A DNA stretch of 64,000 nt from Candidatus Daviesbacteria bacterium (GCA_016432425.1 CP066688.1:514619-578618), one strand, 5' to 3'. Shown: positions 53,767-64,000, counted from the first letter of the stretch. Notes: generated by a model not told the origin, from the letters alone. Numbers and translations: made by a program.

Positions 53767-54624
53767 ATGCTTTATCTAGTTATCTTTATTCTTTATATTA
53801 TAGCCATGACCGGAGTAATGATCTGGCAGGGCATTGGCATTGCCCCGGACCGTTATGCCATGATTTTGCTAGTGGGAAGCTTGCTGATTAAGCGGACCAG
53901 GCAGTTTTTGATGGATTGGATTCCCTTCCTCTTTATTTTAATTGCCTATGATTTCCTGCGGGGTTTTTCCGATAATTTAAATTTACGGGTCCATATCAAC
54001 GAGCTGATCAGTTGGGAAAAAACTATTTTTGGCGCAGTTCCCACCCAAGCTCTGCAGGAGAAATTTTTCCAATTAGGATCCCTGCAGTGGTATGATTACC
54101 TAGCCACCGTGTTTTATTTCCTCCACTTTGCCCTGCCTTTGGCTTTTGGCTATCTGTTGTGGCTTAAAAGCCGGGTTAAATTTAGGCAATTTATTTTAGC
54201 CCTGCTGCTGATGTCCTATGCCGCTTGGATTTCCTTTTTAGTTTATCCGGCCGCTCCGCCTTGGTATGCTCATGACCAAGGGTATTTGCCCCAAATAACT
54301 AAAATTTTGGACCAGACCCTGGCTGCTTTTCCGGAAAAAATTGCCTTACCCACTGTTTATCATCAACTCAATCCTAACCAAGTCGCCGCTATTCCTTCCA
54401 TGCATGCCGGATATCCGACTTTGGTATTTTTATTTAGTTTAAGTTTTTTTGGGTTGCGGGCACTGATATTTTTGCCTTATATGGTAGCTGTTTTTCTCTC
54501 TACAGTTTATCTGGGAGAACATTATGTAATTGATCTGCTGTTTGGGATGGTTTATGCCTTAGGATTCTTCTTCCTGGGGAAGCTAGTATTGTTTAAAAAA
54601 ATTAAATATTTTAAAGCTACTTAA
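53767..54624 (+). CDS. PAP2-superfamily membrane protein (Aur1/IPC synthase-like)
   Basis: YPAAPPW, AAIPSMHAG, VYLGEHYVID. Confidence 0.85.
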   Translation: MLYLVIFILYIIAMTGVMIWQGIGIAPDRYAMILLVGSLLIKRTRQFLMDWIPFLFILIAYDFLRGFSDNLNLRVHINELISWEKTIFGAVPTQALQEKFFQLGSLQWYDYLATVFYFLHFALPLAFGYLLWLKSRVKFRQFILALLLMSYAAWISFLVYPAAPPWYAHDQGYLPQITKILDQTLAAFPEKIALPTVYHQLNPNQVAAIPSMHAGYPTLVFLFSLSFFGLRALIFLPYMVAVFLSTVYLGEHYVIDLLFGMVYALGFFFLGKLVLFKKIKYFKAT

Positions 54625-54886
54625 GAACCTTGCGGCTTAAGCTTTAAAGATAATTCCTCCCTACGCTAGCCGTTAACTTAAAAGTTTTCTTCCCACAATT
54701 TAGGTGGGAATCCTGATCAAATAACCACGGTTATTTGATACTTTGGATTGACCCTCAAAGAGTCAAATAGCGAAGAAAAATGCTTAAGTTTTGAACGAAC
54801 TAAGTAGGGCAAACCCTAACTTGGGCAGTTCCTTGATCATTTATTGCGTAGCAAAAACTACTTCATTAAACGATCTTAGAACAGCC
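54615..54886 (-). ncRNA. Unidentified structured ncRNA candidate (~270 nt)
   Basis: ORF-free; own promoter TTGACT-17-GATAAT; long stem CCCTAC/GTAGGG, AACTTAA/TTAAGTT, TTTTCTTC/GAAGAAAA closing three hairpins; G-U pairs and a GCAA tetraloop favour the minus strand. Confidence 0.5.
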
Positions 54887-54952
54887 TTATTATCCAAAAA
54901 AAGATAAAAAAAGTCAAGTCGGACAAACTATATCAACTCTGCCTAAGGAGTA

Positions 54953-55576
54953 TTAAAGGCCCAGTAATTTCAGCAGGGTGGAGACAACAAACCCCAGGAT
55001 TAATTGGGGAATGCCGGTTACCAAAAGGAGAATTAAAATAATAAAACCTTGCTGTTCCAAACGTCCAAATGTCCTGGCCAAATTATAAGGTAATTGAGAC
55101 AGTAAAATCTTTGATCCGTCAAGGGGTGGAATGGGAAAAAAGTTAAACACCCCTAACACTAAATTAATAGTGACTGTAAACTTAAGCAATTCTGCCAAAA
55201 GGGCAGGAAAAGTTTGAGGTAAGATATTGAGGATATGGTAGGTAGTAGCTGCCCCAGCGGCTAGGGCAAAATTTGCCGCAATTCCGGCTGCTGAGACAAA
55301 AAGCTCCCCTTTTCTTAAGTTGGAAAAATTTAAGGGGTTGACCGGAACTGGTTTGGCCCAACCCAGTAAAAAGGGAGAGCCGGAAATAATTAGCAGGGTT
55401 GGCAAAAGAACTGTACCGATAGGGTCAATATGAGGGATGGGGTTGAGGGTGAGCCGGCCCATTCTTTGGGCAGTACTATCTCCAAACTGCAGGGCCACCC
55501 AGCCATGCATGACCTCATGGAGAATGACTGAAAAAAGCAGTATGACTAATGAGAAAGCTAGAAATTCCGGGTTCAT
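54953..55576 (-). CDS. Site-2 protease (peptidase M50)
   Basis: ILHEVMHG, GRLTLNP, FNFFPIPPLDG; start re-called at MNPEFL. Confidence 0.92.
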   Translation of the reverse strand: MNPEFLAFSLVILLFSVILHEVMHGWVALQFGDSTAQRMGRLTLNPIPHIDPIGTVLLPTLLIISGSPFLLGWAKPVPVNPLNFSNLRKGELFVSAAGIAANFALAAGAATTYHILNILPQTFPALLAELLKFTVTINLVLGVFNFFPIPPLDGSKILLSQLPYNLARTFGRLEQQGFIILILLLVTGIPQLILGFVVSTLLKLLGL

Positions 55577-55604
55577 TATGATATAGTGTACCATATAAAA
55601 CATT

Positions 55605-55841
55605 ATGTTAATCTGTAATCGTTGTGGCAAAGGTAAAAATGTGCAAGCCTTTAGCAGGCACAAGAAAGGTTCCTCCGGTGGTGGAGGAGTCTGGTCTTTA
55701 CGTGCTCCAATTTCCAGAAAAGTTCAAAAACCAAATTTACATGTTTTTAAAGGTAAAAAATATTGCACTAAGTGCTTAAGGATTGTAAAGGCTTCAATTA
55801 AACCTTCAGCGATAGTCGCGTCAGTCTCAGTTGTAAGCTAA
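55605..55841 (+). CDS. rpmB: 50S ribosomal protein L28 (Zn-binding form)
   Basis: CNRCGK..SRH..RKVQKPNL..CTKCLR. Confidence 0.8.
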   Translation: MLICNRCGKGKNVQAFSRHKKGSSGGGGVWSLRAPISRKVQKPNLHVFKGKKYCTKCLRIVKASIKPSAIVASVSVVS

Positions 55842-55868
55842 AACTTATTGTGCTACTCTTTATCCTAA

Positions 55869-57752
55869 ATGTTAGATAGACGGGAAGTATTACCTGCTCA
55901 AAAAGAAACCCAATCTCCGGTTTGGTCAGGTAACCGTGCCCAAAGACGCAAGAATAAGGATTGGCGACCCTTTGCACAATCAGCATTGGTAGGGCAATAC
56001 AACCGCTTTGAACATTCGATAGCTGAGACTGTCGGGAGATGGAATCAGGTAGTTGGTGGGCATGATAATAATTTGACAAAGGCTTTATACCAGGGTGAAC
56101 CCTTTATAGGGCGCTGGCTGGAGGTAAGAAGAAAACTCCCCTTTTTTCTTGAACAAGCACAGCTAAAAAATCTGGATCCCGCTAATCGGTTTGTTTCAAC
56201 CGCGACCTTAAACAGATTTGATGAACAGGATTATTATTCCAGGGAATTAGGCGTTCCCAGCTTCCTGGGAGTGCCTCTTTCAACAGGCACCTCGCTGTTT
56301 GATATTGAACAGATGCCTTTATTAAAATCAACCTCTGATGGAAGAGAACGTTTTCAACTTCAAGCAGTAGATATTCAAAGAATTAACGGGATGTTTCATG
56401 AAGGCCAATCAAGAAGACCAGGCAGGGATACTTCGGTGGTTCTTTTGAGCATGATATATCTTGCCTCCCAAGAATTTGCCAGGCCGGATGAAAAAACGCC
56501 TCTGCCTCAAAGTTTGCATCCTCTGCGGGACAGGCTGGTGGCATATTTTGATTATTATCAGGATTTAATGACCAGTTTCGGTTTCAGTTTAAAAGATGAA
56601 TATTCTTTTCTGGGAGCTTTACAGTATACCAAACCGTGGTTGCCTCACGCCCTAGGTATGTTTATGCCTGCGCGTTTAGGGATAACTCCAGCCTCGGCTG
56701 TCAAACTTTTTCAAACCCGTTCGGAACTTTCTTCATCCCCACTCTTTTGGCGGACTAGTGGAATATTAAAAACTTTGGAATTGAGCGCAGCAGATGCTCA
56801 CAGAGAGAAAAATTTACCTACGAATTTACAAAGATATCAGGATTATGATAGAGATACTGATAACGAAGCATTGAGGCAACTGTGGCAATTCTACGGTGGA
56901 GCTGATCTATCAGAGCAAGAATTAGCCAGAGTTTATACTGATTCAACAAATTTATTGGATAAATTAATAGATTTATACTTTAAGGATGTATATTCTGATA
57001 TTATGCGTTCACCCCAAAGGCAGTTAAAGCTTGCCATGCCACAAGATCATTTAATAAAAGAGGTGACTTTGACTTGTCAAAATAAACAAGTATTGATTTT
57101 TATTTTACATTTTGCTGATGGTAAAACTCATCTAACCTTAGAACTTAGCCAAGGTGATAAATTTTACGGTATGCCTGCTAAAGCAGTGAAAGATAACCCT
57201 CATTTTATCTCATTTATTTTTGCAGATATTCTTCCTCCTGTGCTAGAAGCAGCCAAAAAAAGACACCCCGACAGGGAGCCTATCAGGTTGTCTGATTACC
57301 GCAGAACAGAGCCACTAATGGTTCAGACCGTTGTTTTTGATCAACTGCCGACACCATCGGTAGAATTGCCGGTGCCAAAAAGAGTCCGTAGCAGACCAAG
57401 GAGGTTGCTGACTCCGTTAGCTCAATATTTGAGCGGACCTAAACCGGTTGATCATCAAGATTCTCCCGAGTTTAAATATTCGGTAATACATTCTAAAGCT
57501 TTAGTAGAAGAGAAGATGGGGCGCGGGGCAAGACCTAATGATGTTGAGAGAGTAATGGAGCATATCAGGAGATTTGAATTAGGATTTACACCGATTAAGA
57601 TGATTGATTGGTCGGAAGGCAAGAGAGTGGTTGGCAGGGTGGGAGATTTGAGGATAGTTTATAACCACTTAGGCAATGGGGTTTATGCCTTAGAAGCTAT
57701 TGGTGATAGGGAATATATTTATAAGCATTATGGTGATTATAAAGTTGATTAA
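55869..57752 (+). CDS. 627-aa protein with C-terminal RelE/ParE-like domain
   Basis: C-terminal GRVGDLRIVY...LEAIGDREYIY resembles the RelE signature; N-terminal part unrecognised. Confidence 0.6.
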   Translation: MLDRREVLPAQKETQSPVWSGNRAQRRKNKDWRPFAQSALVGQYNRFEHSIAETVGRWNQVVGGHDNNLTKALYQGEPFIGRWLEVRRKLPFFLEQAQLKNLDPANRFVSTATLNRFDEQDYYSRELGVPSFLGVPLSTGTSLFDIEQMPLLKSTSDGRERFQLQAVDIQRINGMFHEGQSRRPGRDTSVVLLSMIYLASQEFARPDEKTPLPQSLHPLRDRLVAYFDYYQDLMTSFGFSLKDEYSFLGALQYTKPWLPHALGMFMPARLGITPASAVKLFQTRSELSSSPLFWRTSGILKTLELSAADAHREKNLPTNLQRYQDYDRDTDNEALRQLWQFYGGADLSEQELARVYTDSTNLLDKLIDLYFKDVYSDIMRSPQRQLKLAMPQDHLIKEVTLTCQNKQVLIFILHFADGKTHLTLELSQGDKFYGMPAKAVKDNPHFISFIFADILPPVLEAAKKRHPDREPIRLSDYRRTEPLMVQTVVFDQLPTPSVELPVPKRVRSRPRRLLTPLAQYLSGPKPVDHQDSPEFKYSVIHSKALVEEKMGRGARPNDVERVMEHIRRFELGFTPIKMIDWSEGKRVVGRVGDLRIVYNHLGNGVYALEAIGDREYIYKHYGDYKVD

Positions 57753-57765
57753 ATTTGTGGGGGTA

Positions 57766-58254
57766 TTAAAAATGTCTGTTGAGTATAATAGTAATATAAT
57801 AGTCTATAATCTGGTGAATAGTCACTAAATCTAACTGGTTGTTTTCCTCTAGGGCAAACAGCCTGCTGGCAATTGCTTCTTTATCAGCCAATGGTGATTT
57901 GATGATACATTCCAAATGCCGCTGTTCAGACAAGTATTGAGGATAGATAGCTCTATTTAAGAAGTATAGTTTAAAGCCGATGATTCGAAAGGGAATTTGG
58001 TCTATTGAATGTAGAGCGTAAGCTTGATTAGCGAAGGAGATATCTCCCGGCGGCAAAATTCTAAGAGAAGGAAATTGACTTACTATATCTAACATGCGGG
58101 CATGGGAATCTTTACCACCCCAGGCGGACTCTAGTCTAAGAGTGCTGATAGCTCGGTCATCAAACCGGGGTAGAAGAAGCAATTTGCGTTCCTCATTTGG
58201 TGGTTTTTCCAGATAAAAACCTCCGTTTTGAGGGGTCCACAACTCATGATTCAT
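57766..58254 (-). CDS. Hypothetical protein
   Basis: ORF track; co-oriented with neighbours. Confidence 0.55.
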   Translation of the reverse strand: MNHELWTPQNGGFYLEKPPNEERKLLLLPRFDDRAISTLRLESAWGGKDSHARMLDIVSQFPSLRILPPGDISFANQAYALHSIDQIPFRIIGFKLYFLNRAIYPQYLSEQRHLECIIKSPLADKEAIASRLFALEENNQLDLVTIHQIIDYYITIILNRHF

Positions 58255-58269
58255 GGGCAGGTTACTTTA

Positions 58270-59133
58270 TCATCCGCTGACTTTTTCGCTGCTGTCTTCT
58301 AATCTACCAAAATATTTCACCATCTTAGATAAAGCCGGGGTAGTTAAAGAGCCATTTTTAATATGTTCTAAGAGTTGCTGGTGAAGTTGTTCAAAAGTAG
58401 GCAGATTAATAGCCAGTCCAGCCCACATACTAACGAAATTGTGAGCGTGTGGCATAGTTAGAAGTAGATATGGGTTAGTGGTTAGTTGTAGTTCTCCCAC
58501 AGTTGCTTCAAAGAAAATTGATTGATCCGCTATCATTAACCTAAAGCGGAGTGGGGTATTAGGAACTGTATGCAATTTACCGTCAGAGCTGATTTCAGAT
58601 AAGCCTTGAGTTAGGGAAGGTGCTAGCTGATATCCGGTAGAATCAAATTTGAAGATAGGATGAGGGGGAGAGGTTGGATTTTGAAACATCAACTTGACTC
58701 CTTCTGGTGTTATTACACAATGAGGAAAACCAGAGAATATATCAAGTTGTGCATTAGCCTGGCTATCAGGGTTTAATTCATCCAGTGAGGCTTGGATAAT
58801 TTGAGGCATCCTATGTTCAGTCAGAGTGGGGGCCAGCGAGATTTGGTAATCAGTGACTGTATTTGAGCCATCTGCAAAAAAAGTTAAATAGTATCCTCCA
58901 CTTAAAATTGGCTGTTTTCCACCCAGAACTGATCTGCTTTGAGGAGTTTCTTCCTGCTCTATTTTTCTGCCAACCGTGTCAACTAATGGTGACTCACTGC
59001 GTGGCCGTATTACAAAGTATTCATTATGCTCTTCTAACTCTGAGTTTAAAAGAAGAGGACTCCAAAAAGAGGGTCGGGGAGCATCTTGGGCAAATTTTAA
59101 AATAGGTATAAGGCGGTGTTCTTGGTTTTCCAT
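58270..59133 (-). CDS. Hypothetical protein
   Basis: ORF track; TATAAT 9 bp upstream of the ATG. Confidence 0.65.
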   Translation of the reverse strand: MENQEHRLIPILKFAQDAPRPSFWSPLLLNSELEEHNEYFVIRPRSESPLVDTVGRKIEQEETPQSRSVLGGKQPILSGGYYLTFFADGSNTVTDYQISLAPTLTEHRMPQIIQASLDELNPDSQANAQLDIFSGFPHCVITPEGVKLMFQNPTSPPHPIFKFDSTGYQLAPSLTQGLSEISSDGKLHTVPNTPLRFRLMIADQSIFFEATVGELQLTTNPYLLLTMPHAHNFVSMWAGLAINLPTFEQLHQQLLEHIKNGSLTTPALSKMVKYFGRLEDSSEKVSG

Positions 59134-59154
59134 TTTGGTTGGATTATATGCCTT

Positions 59155-59973
59155 TTAATTTTTAGCTGCAATAAGGGGAAAGTCTGGGTAGCCATTGAGA
59201 AAATCTTTGATAGAGACAGGTTTTTTGCCTTCCATCTGAATTCTATTCTCTGGTAAAAACTTGACAATTTTCCCTTCCCATTTTGTCCAAACTCCCGGCC
59301 AGGGATGATAGGCTCTAATCATTCGGTTTAAACTTTTCTGATCCACAGGGTTATTAATATCAAAATACCCGTCTTCTTTTTTGATTAATTTACAAAAAGT
59401 AGCCTGGGAATGATCTTGTTCTACTGAAGTAATTTTCCCGGCCAAAAACTGGGGGATAATATCAACCAAAAGCTTTACTCCTTCTTGAAACAATTTTGTA
59501 ATCAAAGTAGAAAAATCTTCTTGTCCGGACAAGATAATCTGCTTTGTTGAAATGATTGGTCCGTGATCCATTTTTTCATCCATTTTGATGATGGTAACTC
59601 CGGTTTTTTTGTCTCCGGCTAAAATGGTGGCAGGAACCGGGGAAGCCCCGCGATATTTGGGCAGCAGTGACGGATGGACATTTAAAGACCCAAATTGAGG
59701 GATATCCAATAAACTTTGAGGTAAAATTTTGCCATAAGAGGCGACCACAAACAAATCAGCAGTTAGTAATGAGTAGTTAGCGGCTGTAAAAGTCTCATCT
59801 AATTTATCAGGGGTTAAAGTAGGGATGCCTAATTTTGCCGCTACTTTGGCTGTGGCAGAATCTATTGCTGTTACTACTGCCTGGACAGTAAAATTTTCCT
59901 CCAAAACCTGCAGGACTGGAATAACAAAGCTATCACTACCAAAAAAGACAATGGTGGTTTTTTCTGATGACAT
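59155..59973 (-). CDS. fmt: Methionyl-tRNA formyltransferase
   Basis: VVASYGKIL, LNVHPSLLPKYRGASP, MDEKMDHGPI; follows def. Confidence 0.95.
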   Translation of the reverse strand: MSSEKTTIVFFGSDSFVIPVLQVLEENFTVQAVVTAIDSATAKVAAKLGIPTLTPDKLDETFTAANYSLLTADLFVVASYGKILPQSLLDIPQFGSLNVHPSLLPKYRGASPVPATILAGDKKTGVTIIKMDEKMDHGPIISTKQIILSGQEDFSTLITKLFQEGVKLLVDIIPQFLAGKITSVEQDHSQATFCKLIKKEDGYFDINNPVDQKSLNRMIRAYHPWPGVWTKWEGKIVKFLPENRIQMEGKKPVSIKDFLNGYPDFPLIAAKN

Positions 59974-60491
59974 TACAATGTTACCTCCTCAAAGATATCC
60001 TCATTGGTTTTAGGGTCTTTGCCGGTGAATTTAAAAAACCGTCCCCCTTGTTCTAAAACCCGGTCCGGAAAGAGTTTTCCTTCCAAATGGTCCATTTCAT
60101 GCTGGAAAATCCAGGCTGGGATTCCTTTTAGGGTTTTAGTAACAATTTGCCCAGTTTCATCCATGTAGCTAACTTTAATTTGAGTAGCCCGCTGGACCTG
60201 CCCCCAATAATTAGGAATAGACAAACACCCTTCAAAATATTTTTTAGTCCTTTTACCCCAAAAAAAGATTTTAGGGTTAATAAAAGCTTGGAATTTTTGA
60301 CCATTTTTGGCCACAAAAAACCGCTCTTTTAAACCAATTTGAGTGGAGGCCAGCCCCACCCCTTCCGGGTCATGAAAAGATCTTGTCAATTTGACCATTT
60401 GTTTTAAAGTGGTCAGCAATGAAGGCCCCACCTTTTTAACAGGTTTAGTCTTGGCCCTTAAAACTTCATTTGGCGCTTTAACAACTTTCAT
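59973..60491 (-). CDS. def: Peptide deformylase
   Basis: GVGLASTQ, EGCLS, QHEMDHLEG; start may be 60491 or 60503. Confidence 0.95.
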   Translation of the reverse strand: MKVVKAPNEVLRAKTKPVKKVGPSLLTTLKQMVKLTRSFHDPEGVGLASTQIGLKERFFVAKNGQKFQAFINPKIFFWGKRTKKYFEGCLSIPNYWGQVQRATQIKVSYMDETGQIVTKTLKGIPAWIFQHEMDHLEGKLFPDRVLEQGGRFFKFTGKDPKTNEDIFEEVTL

Positions 60492-60530
60492 ATATGTGGG
60501 CATTGTAGCAAAAAAATTGGCTTTTTGCTT

Positions 60531-60797
60531 CTAAATGAGATTTTGTTTAAGTTGTTGCAGTTTCCACATAAAGACTCTGGCTTTGTTTTTAGCTCCATAA
60601 TAATCCTTGGTATAGTTGAGCGCTTCCTCCAGCAGCCCTCTGGGTAGTTCTTTAGCTAATTTAATATAAAAGGAATAATGTTTGGTGTCCTGCAAAGTTT
60701 CTGCCAGATAGACCCCATAAACTTGGAATTCCCGGGAAAGGTTTTTGGGCCGGTCTTTAAATTTAGTTTCCGCAATAACTTTCGCTAAAGATTTCAT
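60531..60797 (-). CDS. Small basic hypothetical protein
   Basis: ATGA overlap with the upstream stop codon; MKSLAKV...ARVFMWKL. Confidence 0.65.
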   Translation of the reverse strand: MKSLAKVIAETKFKDRPKNLSREFQVYGVYLAETLQDTKHYSFYIKLAKELPRGLLEEALNYTKDYYGAKNKARVFMWKLQQLKQNLI

Positions 60798-62962
60798 TTT
60801 GACTCGGGCACTATTCCTTTTTTGCCCCAATCATTTAAATAAGACAAGGCTTCTGGGTCATTGGGAACAAGACGTAAAACTTTATTCATGTTCTCGACCG
60901 CTGCCGGATAATTTTTTTGGTCAAAGTAAAAAAGCCCTAAGGCAACATAAGCTTCCCGGTAGTTATTTTTTAACTGTATTGCTTGTTGGAGGTTTTTAAT
61001 AGCCTCCTCCTGTTTATCATCTTGGCCCAAAATAATGGCTTTATTATATAAAAGTTTGGGGTCACTGGGAGATAGTTTGATAGTTTGATCTAAGGCAGTC
61101 AAGGCTTGATTAGTAAAAGTTGGATCAAAGGTAGAAAGGAGATAGAAAGTGCGGATAGCAGTTCGGTAAAAAGAGACATTTCTGGGGTGTTCCCGTAAGA
61201 TCGTTTCCGTAGTAGTAACAGCCTGATTTTTTAGCTGTCCGGAAAGGGTGGCATCAGTGTCTTTTAATCCCACTGCCACTGCTGCGGCAGCATAACCTAA
61301 TTCTGACCTAAAAAAAGGCTCAAGCGGATTTAAAATGGCGGCCTCAGAGATAGTGGTATAAGCTTGGGTAATTTCTCCCAGATCAGTAAATTTTTCTCCC
61401 TGGGCAAACAGGGTGTCAGTGTACCAGTATTTTAAAACAGTAAAAAATAAGAAAATGCTAATTAAAATTAACAGCGGTGAGGCTATCTTACTGGTCAACC
61501 CCAATTTAATCGGGGTCAAGAATTGTTTTAAGAGCGCAATTTGCAAAAACCGGGGGAGCTTACTAAATTTAAGGTCCTCTACTGCTAAAATGGCTAAAGC
61601 CGGAAAGAGGTAGAAAAAGAGGGCGATCACTACCACTGAAAAGCCTACCAAATTTTGGACAAGATAAGAGGTGTATGATGCAGTTATAGCAATAATTAGC
61701 AATTTTTCTTCTGTATGTGTTTTAGAATTTTCAATTTTCAATTTTAAATTTAAAATTTTACTTAAAGACCATGCTATAAATGTTAAAACCACTGTGGAGT
61801 ATGTTAGAAAACCGACTAGTCCTGTGGTAGCTAAATAATTAAGATATTCATTGTGGGCTTTGTTGTAGAGAAAATCCCATTCCGAAACTAAATTATGGGC
61901 TGGGGGACGGAACTGGTAATAAATATAAGCAAAAGTTTCTACTCCTGAACCAAACAAGGGATAGTGTTTGAAAATATCCACCGCCCCCTGCCAAACAATT
62001 AACCTGATTTTGCCTGACTCAGTCCCCCCATTTTCCAGTTGGGTTAATTGAGCCGAGCTGTTGGCTTGGGTAGTAGTAGGAGTGGTAGTTGGTGATAAAA
62101 ATTGGGAAAGTTGGAAACGAGTGATAGCTGAACCAAAAACTAAATTAATGAGCAGAAAAACTAGTAATACTATGAGTAGCGGTTTAATAGTGATTAGTTT
62201 GCCGCCTCCACCCTTGGGGTGGAAAGCTAAAATTAAGGGTGCGAAAAATACCGCCAGCCCGATTAAAAATCCCAAGGTGGCCCCCCGGGAATAGGTAAAA
62301 GTAAAAGCTAAATACATGATCATAACTGATATGTAATAGGTGATCCGTGCTTTTTTATTTTTGGCTGTTAATAAAAAGTATAGTGCCGGGAAAATTAACA
62401 TTGACAAGTATGAGGCCAACCAATTCGGTTGGCCCAGCGTGGCAAAAACCCGAGCCTCTACATCCTGGACCCAGCAACTGGCATTAAACTGCCCATGCAA
62501 AATAATACAAGAAGGAGAAACCCCAAAATGTTCCGGAATGGCCCACAAAGAAACCGCCAATCCTCCTGCCAGCCCTGCTTTTAAAAATTTGGGCACATCA
62601 GCTTTTGTGAAATTGCTAACCAGAGCAAAATATAATAAGAAGTAGGAGAGGATAGAGAGTAGCCCGCCGTTGGAGCGGGAGTAATAACCAAAGACAGAAG
62701 TATAAAGGTCAATGGAAAAAATAGTGGATAAAATATTAGCCCCTAAAAAGGCTAGCAAAGGAATATTTAAAGGGGTATTTTTTAAAAGCAGCTTTTTTTG
62801 AGAAATCATTTTTAGTACCCAGGCAGTGGTGATAACAATGGTTATTAGGTACACAAAAATCATTTTGTTGTACTCAAACAGTTCATAATTCAAAGGAGTC
62901 CAAATTAAGGGGGTTAAGAAAAAGAGTAGGTAGAAAGAAAAGCGGATGATTTTCTCCAACAT
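60794..62962 (-). CDS. O-antigen ligase family protein with C-terminal TPRs
   Basis: RVFATLGQPNWLA, TYSRG, IRLIVW, GSGVETF, AHNEYL; TPR-like tail. Confidence 0.88.
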   Translation of the reverse strand: MLEKIIRFSFYLLFFLTPLIWTPLNYELFEYNKMIFVYLITIVITTAWVLKMISQKKLLLKNTPLNIPLLAFLGANILSTIFSIDLYTSVFGYYSRSNGGLLSILSYFLLYFALVSNFTKADVPKFLKAGLAGGLAVSLWAIPEHFGVSPSCIILHGQFNASCWVQDVEARVFATLGQPNWLASYLSMLIFPALYFLLTAKNKKARITYYISVMIMYLAFTFTYSRGATLGFLIGLAVFFAPLILAFHPKGGGGKLITIKPLLIVLLVFLLINLVFGSAITRFQLSQFLSPTTTPTTTQANSSAQLTQLENGGTESGKIRLIVWQGAVDIFKHYPLFGSGVETFAYIYYQFRPPAHNLVSEWDFLYNKAHNEYLNYLATTGLVGFLTYSTVVLTFIAWSLSKILNLKLKIENSKTHTEEKLLIIAITASYTSYLVQNLVGFSVVVIALFFYLFPALAILAVEDLKFSKLPRFLQIALLKQFLTPIKLGLTSKIASPLLILISIFLFFTVLKYWYTDTLFAQGEKFTDLGEITQAYTTISEAAILNPLEPFFRSELGYAAAAVAVGLKDTDATLSGQLKNQAVTTTETILREHPRNVSFYRTAIRTFYLLSTFDPTFTNQALTALDQTIKLSPSDPKLLYNKAIILGQDDKQEEAIKNLQQAIQLKNNYREAYVALGLFYFDQKNYPAAVENMNKVLRLVPNDPEALSYLNDWGKKGIVPESK

Positions 62963-63021
62963 GAGGTGATCTTAACAAAAAATCCTTGTGAGGGGCAAGA
63001 CTACTATGTTAAACTCGCTTC

Positions 63022-64000
63022 ATGCTGAATAGAATTTGGGCACTTTTTTCTGAAGATGTGGGAATAGACTTGGGGACAGTTAATACCTTGGTTTTTGTTA
63101 AAGGTAAAGGTATTGTCATTCGCGAGCCCACAGTGGTAGCTATTCACAGGAAAACCCGCCAAGTTTTAGCTATTGGTAGCCAGGCCAAAAGGATGTTGGG
63201 GCGCACTCCGGCGGCTATTGAAGCAGTCAGGCCTTTGCGTGATGGGGTGATTTCTGATTTTGATACTACTGAGGCCATGTTGCGCTATTTTATTCATCAA
63301 GTTCACCAAACTCCTGGTAAATCATTTTTGGGGGGAATTAGAATTCCTAAACCCCGGATAGTAGTAGGGATTCCCTCAGGTGTGACTGAGGTAGAAAGAA
63401 GGGCAGTTCAGGATGCCTGTCTATCAGCGGGAGCTAGAGAAGCTTATCTAATTGAGGAACCGATGGCAGCTGCCATTGGAGCAAAACTTCCCGTAGAAGA
63501 ACCAGAAGGGGTCATGATTGTAGATATAGGGGGTGGGACTTCCGAGATTGCCGTCATCTCCCTAGGAGGAATGGTAATTAACCGCTCCTTGCGGGTGGCA
63601 GGCGATGAAATGGATGAGGATATTATCAATTATTTGCGGATGAGATATGGGCTCTTGATTGGTGAAAAAACTGCGGAAGAGGTTAAATTAGAAATTGGCA
63701 GTGCGGTGGAGGATTGGTCAGACAAAAACCATCATCTGGAGACAATTGTCAGGGGTAGGGATCTTTCCAATGGATTACCTAAGTCTTTAAAGATTAGTGA
63801 GGTGGAAATTAGGGAAGCTCTGTCGAATACCATTAACCAAATAGTAGGGGTTATTCAGGAAGTTTTGGAAGAAACCCCGCCGGAGCTGTTAACAGATATT
63901 GTCAGCCGGGGAATTGTGTTGGCAGGGGGAGGAGCACTGGTTAGGGGTTTGGATAAAAAAATCTCCCAGGAAACTAAGCTGCCGGTTTTAGTGGCTGATG
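63022..64000 (+). CDS. mreB: Rod shape-determining protein MreB (paralog 2, truncated by the window end)
   Basis: Manual translation: [38 protein letters not shown]. Confidence 0.93.
   Translation, partial: MLNRIWALFSEDVGIDLGTVNTLVFVKGKGIVIREPTVVAIHRKTRQVLAIGSQAKRMLGRTPAAIEAVRPLRDGVISDFDTTEAMLRYFIHQVHQTPGKSFLGGIRIPKPRIVVGIPSGVTEVERRAVQDACLSAGAREAYLIEEPMAAAIGAKLPVEEPEGVMIVDIGGGTSEIAVISLGGMVINRSLRVAGDEMDEDIINYLRMRYGLLIGEKTAEEVKLEIGSAVEDWSDKNHHLETIVRGRDLSNGLPKSLKISEVEIREALSNTINQIVGVIQEVLEETPPELLTDIVSRGIVLAGGGALVRGLDKKISQETKLPVLVAD

Noticed and set aside
54615-54886. tmRNA, RNase P RNA or SRP RNA identity
   Set aside because: No tRNA-like 3' end with T-arm, no GAGGAAAGUCC/ACAGAA..CGGCUUA pair in the right order, no SRP domain IV motif

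Overview
64 kb of chromosome from a small-genome bacterium. Gene content and style point to Patescibacteria/CPR, probably Microgenomates (inference), using standard code 11. Housekeeping genes: leuS, argS, comEA/comEC, ndk, two mreB paralogs, secE-nusG-rplK-rplA, a separated rplJ-rplL with an L10 leader, rpmG, rpmB, def/fmt, a class A PBP and five tRNAs. Surface genes: a 3497-aa fibre-like protein with two N-terminal MerR/excisionase-type HTHs, a 1695-aa Cys-rich DUF5667-repeat protein, dockerin/FN3/PEGA/sortase proteins, two O-antigen-ligase-like proteins and glycosyl enzymes. Signals the gene list does not explain: (1) two wHTH+Cas2-like (PaaX-like) genes, each between tRNAs and bracketed by paralog-specific 34-bp 13-8-13 palindromes (core ACGATCGT or ACGGCCGT), with solo copies at other gene boundaries; (2) nested REP-like hairpin elements inserted in frame into genes, including an identical 70-bp copy at two loci; (3) a 25-bp element encoding a MKGTF-stop micro-ORF in front of three start codons; (4) a ~270-nt structured ncRNA candidate; (5) 7- and 9-bp periodic microrepeats and a four-helix-bundle gene; (6) widespread apparently leaderless promoters. 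No CRISPR array, rRNA, integrase, transposase or reverse transcriptase was seen.
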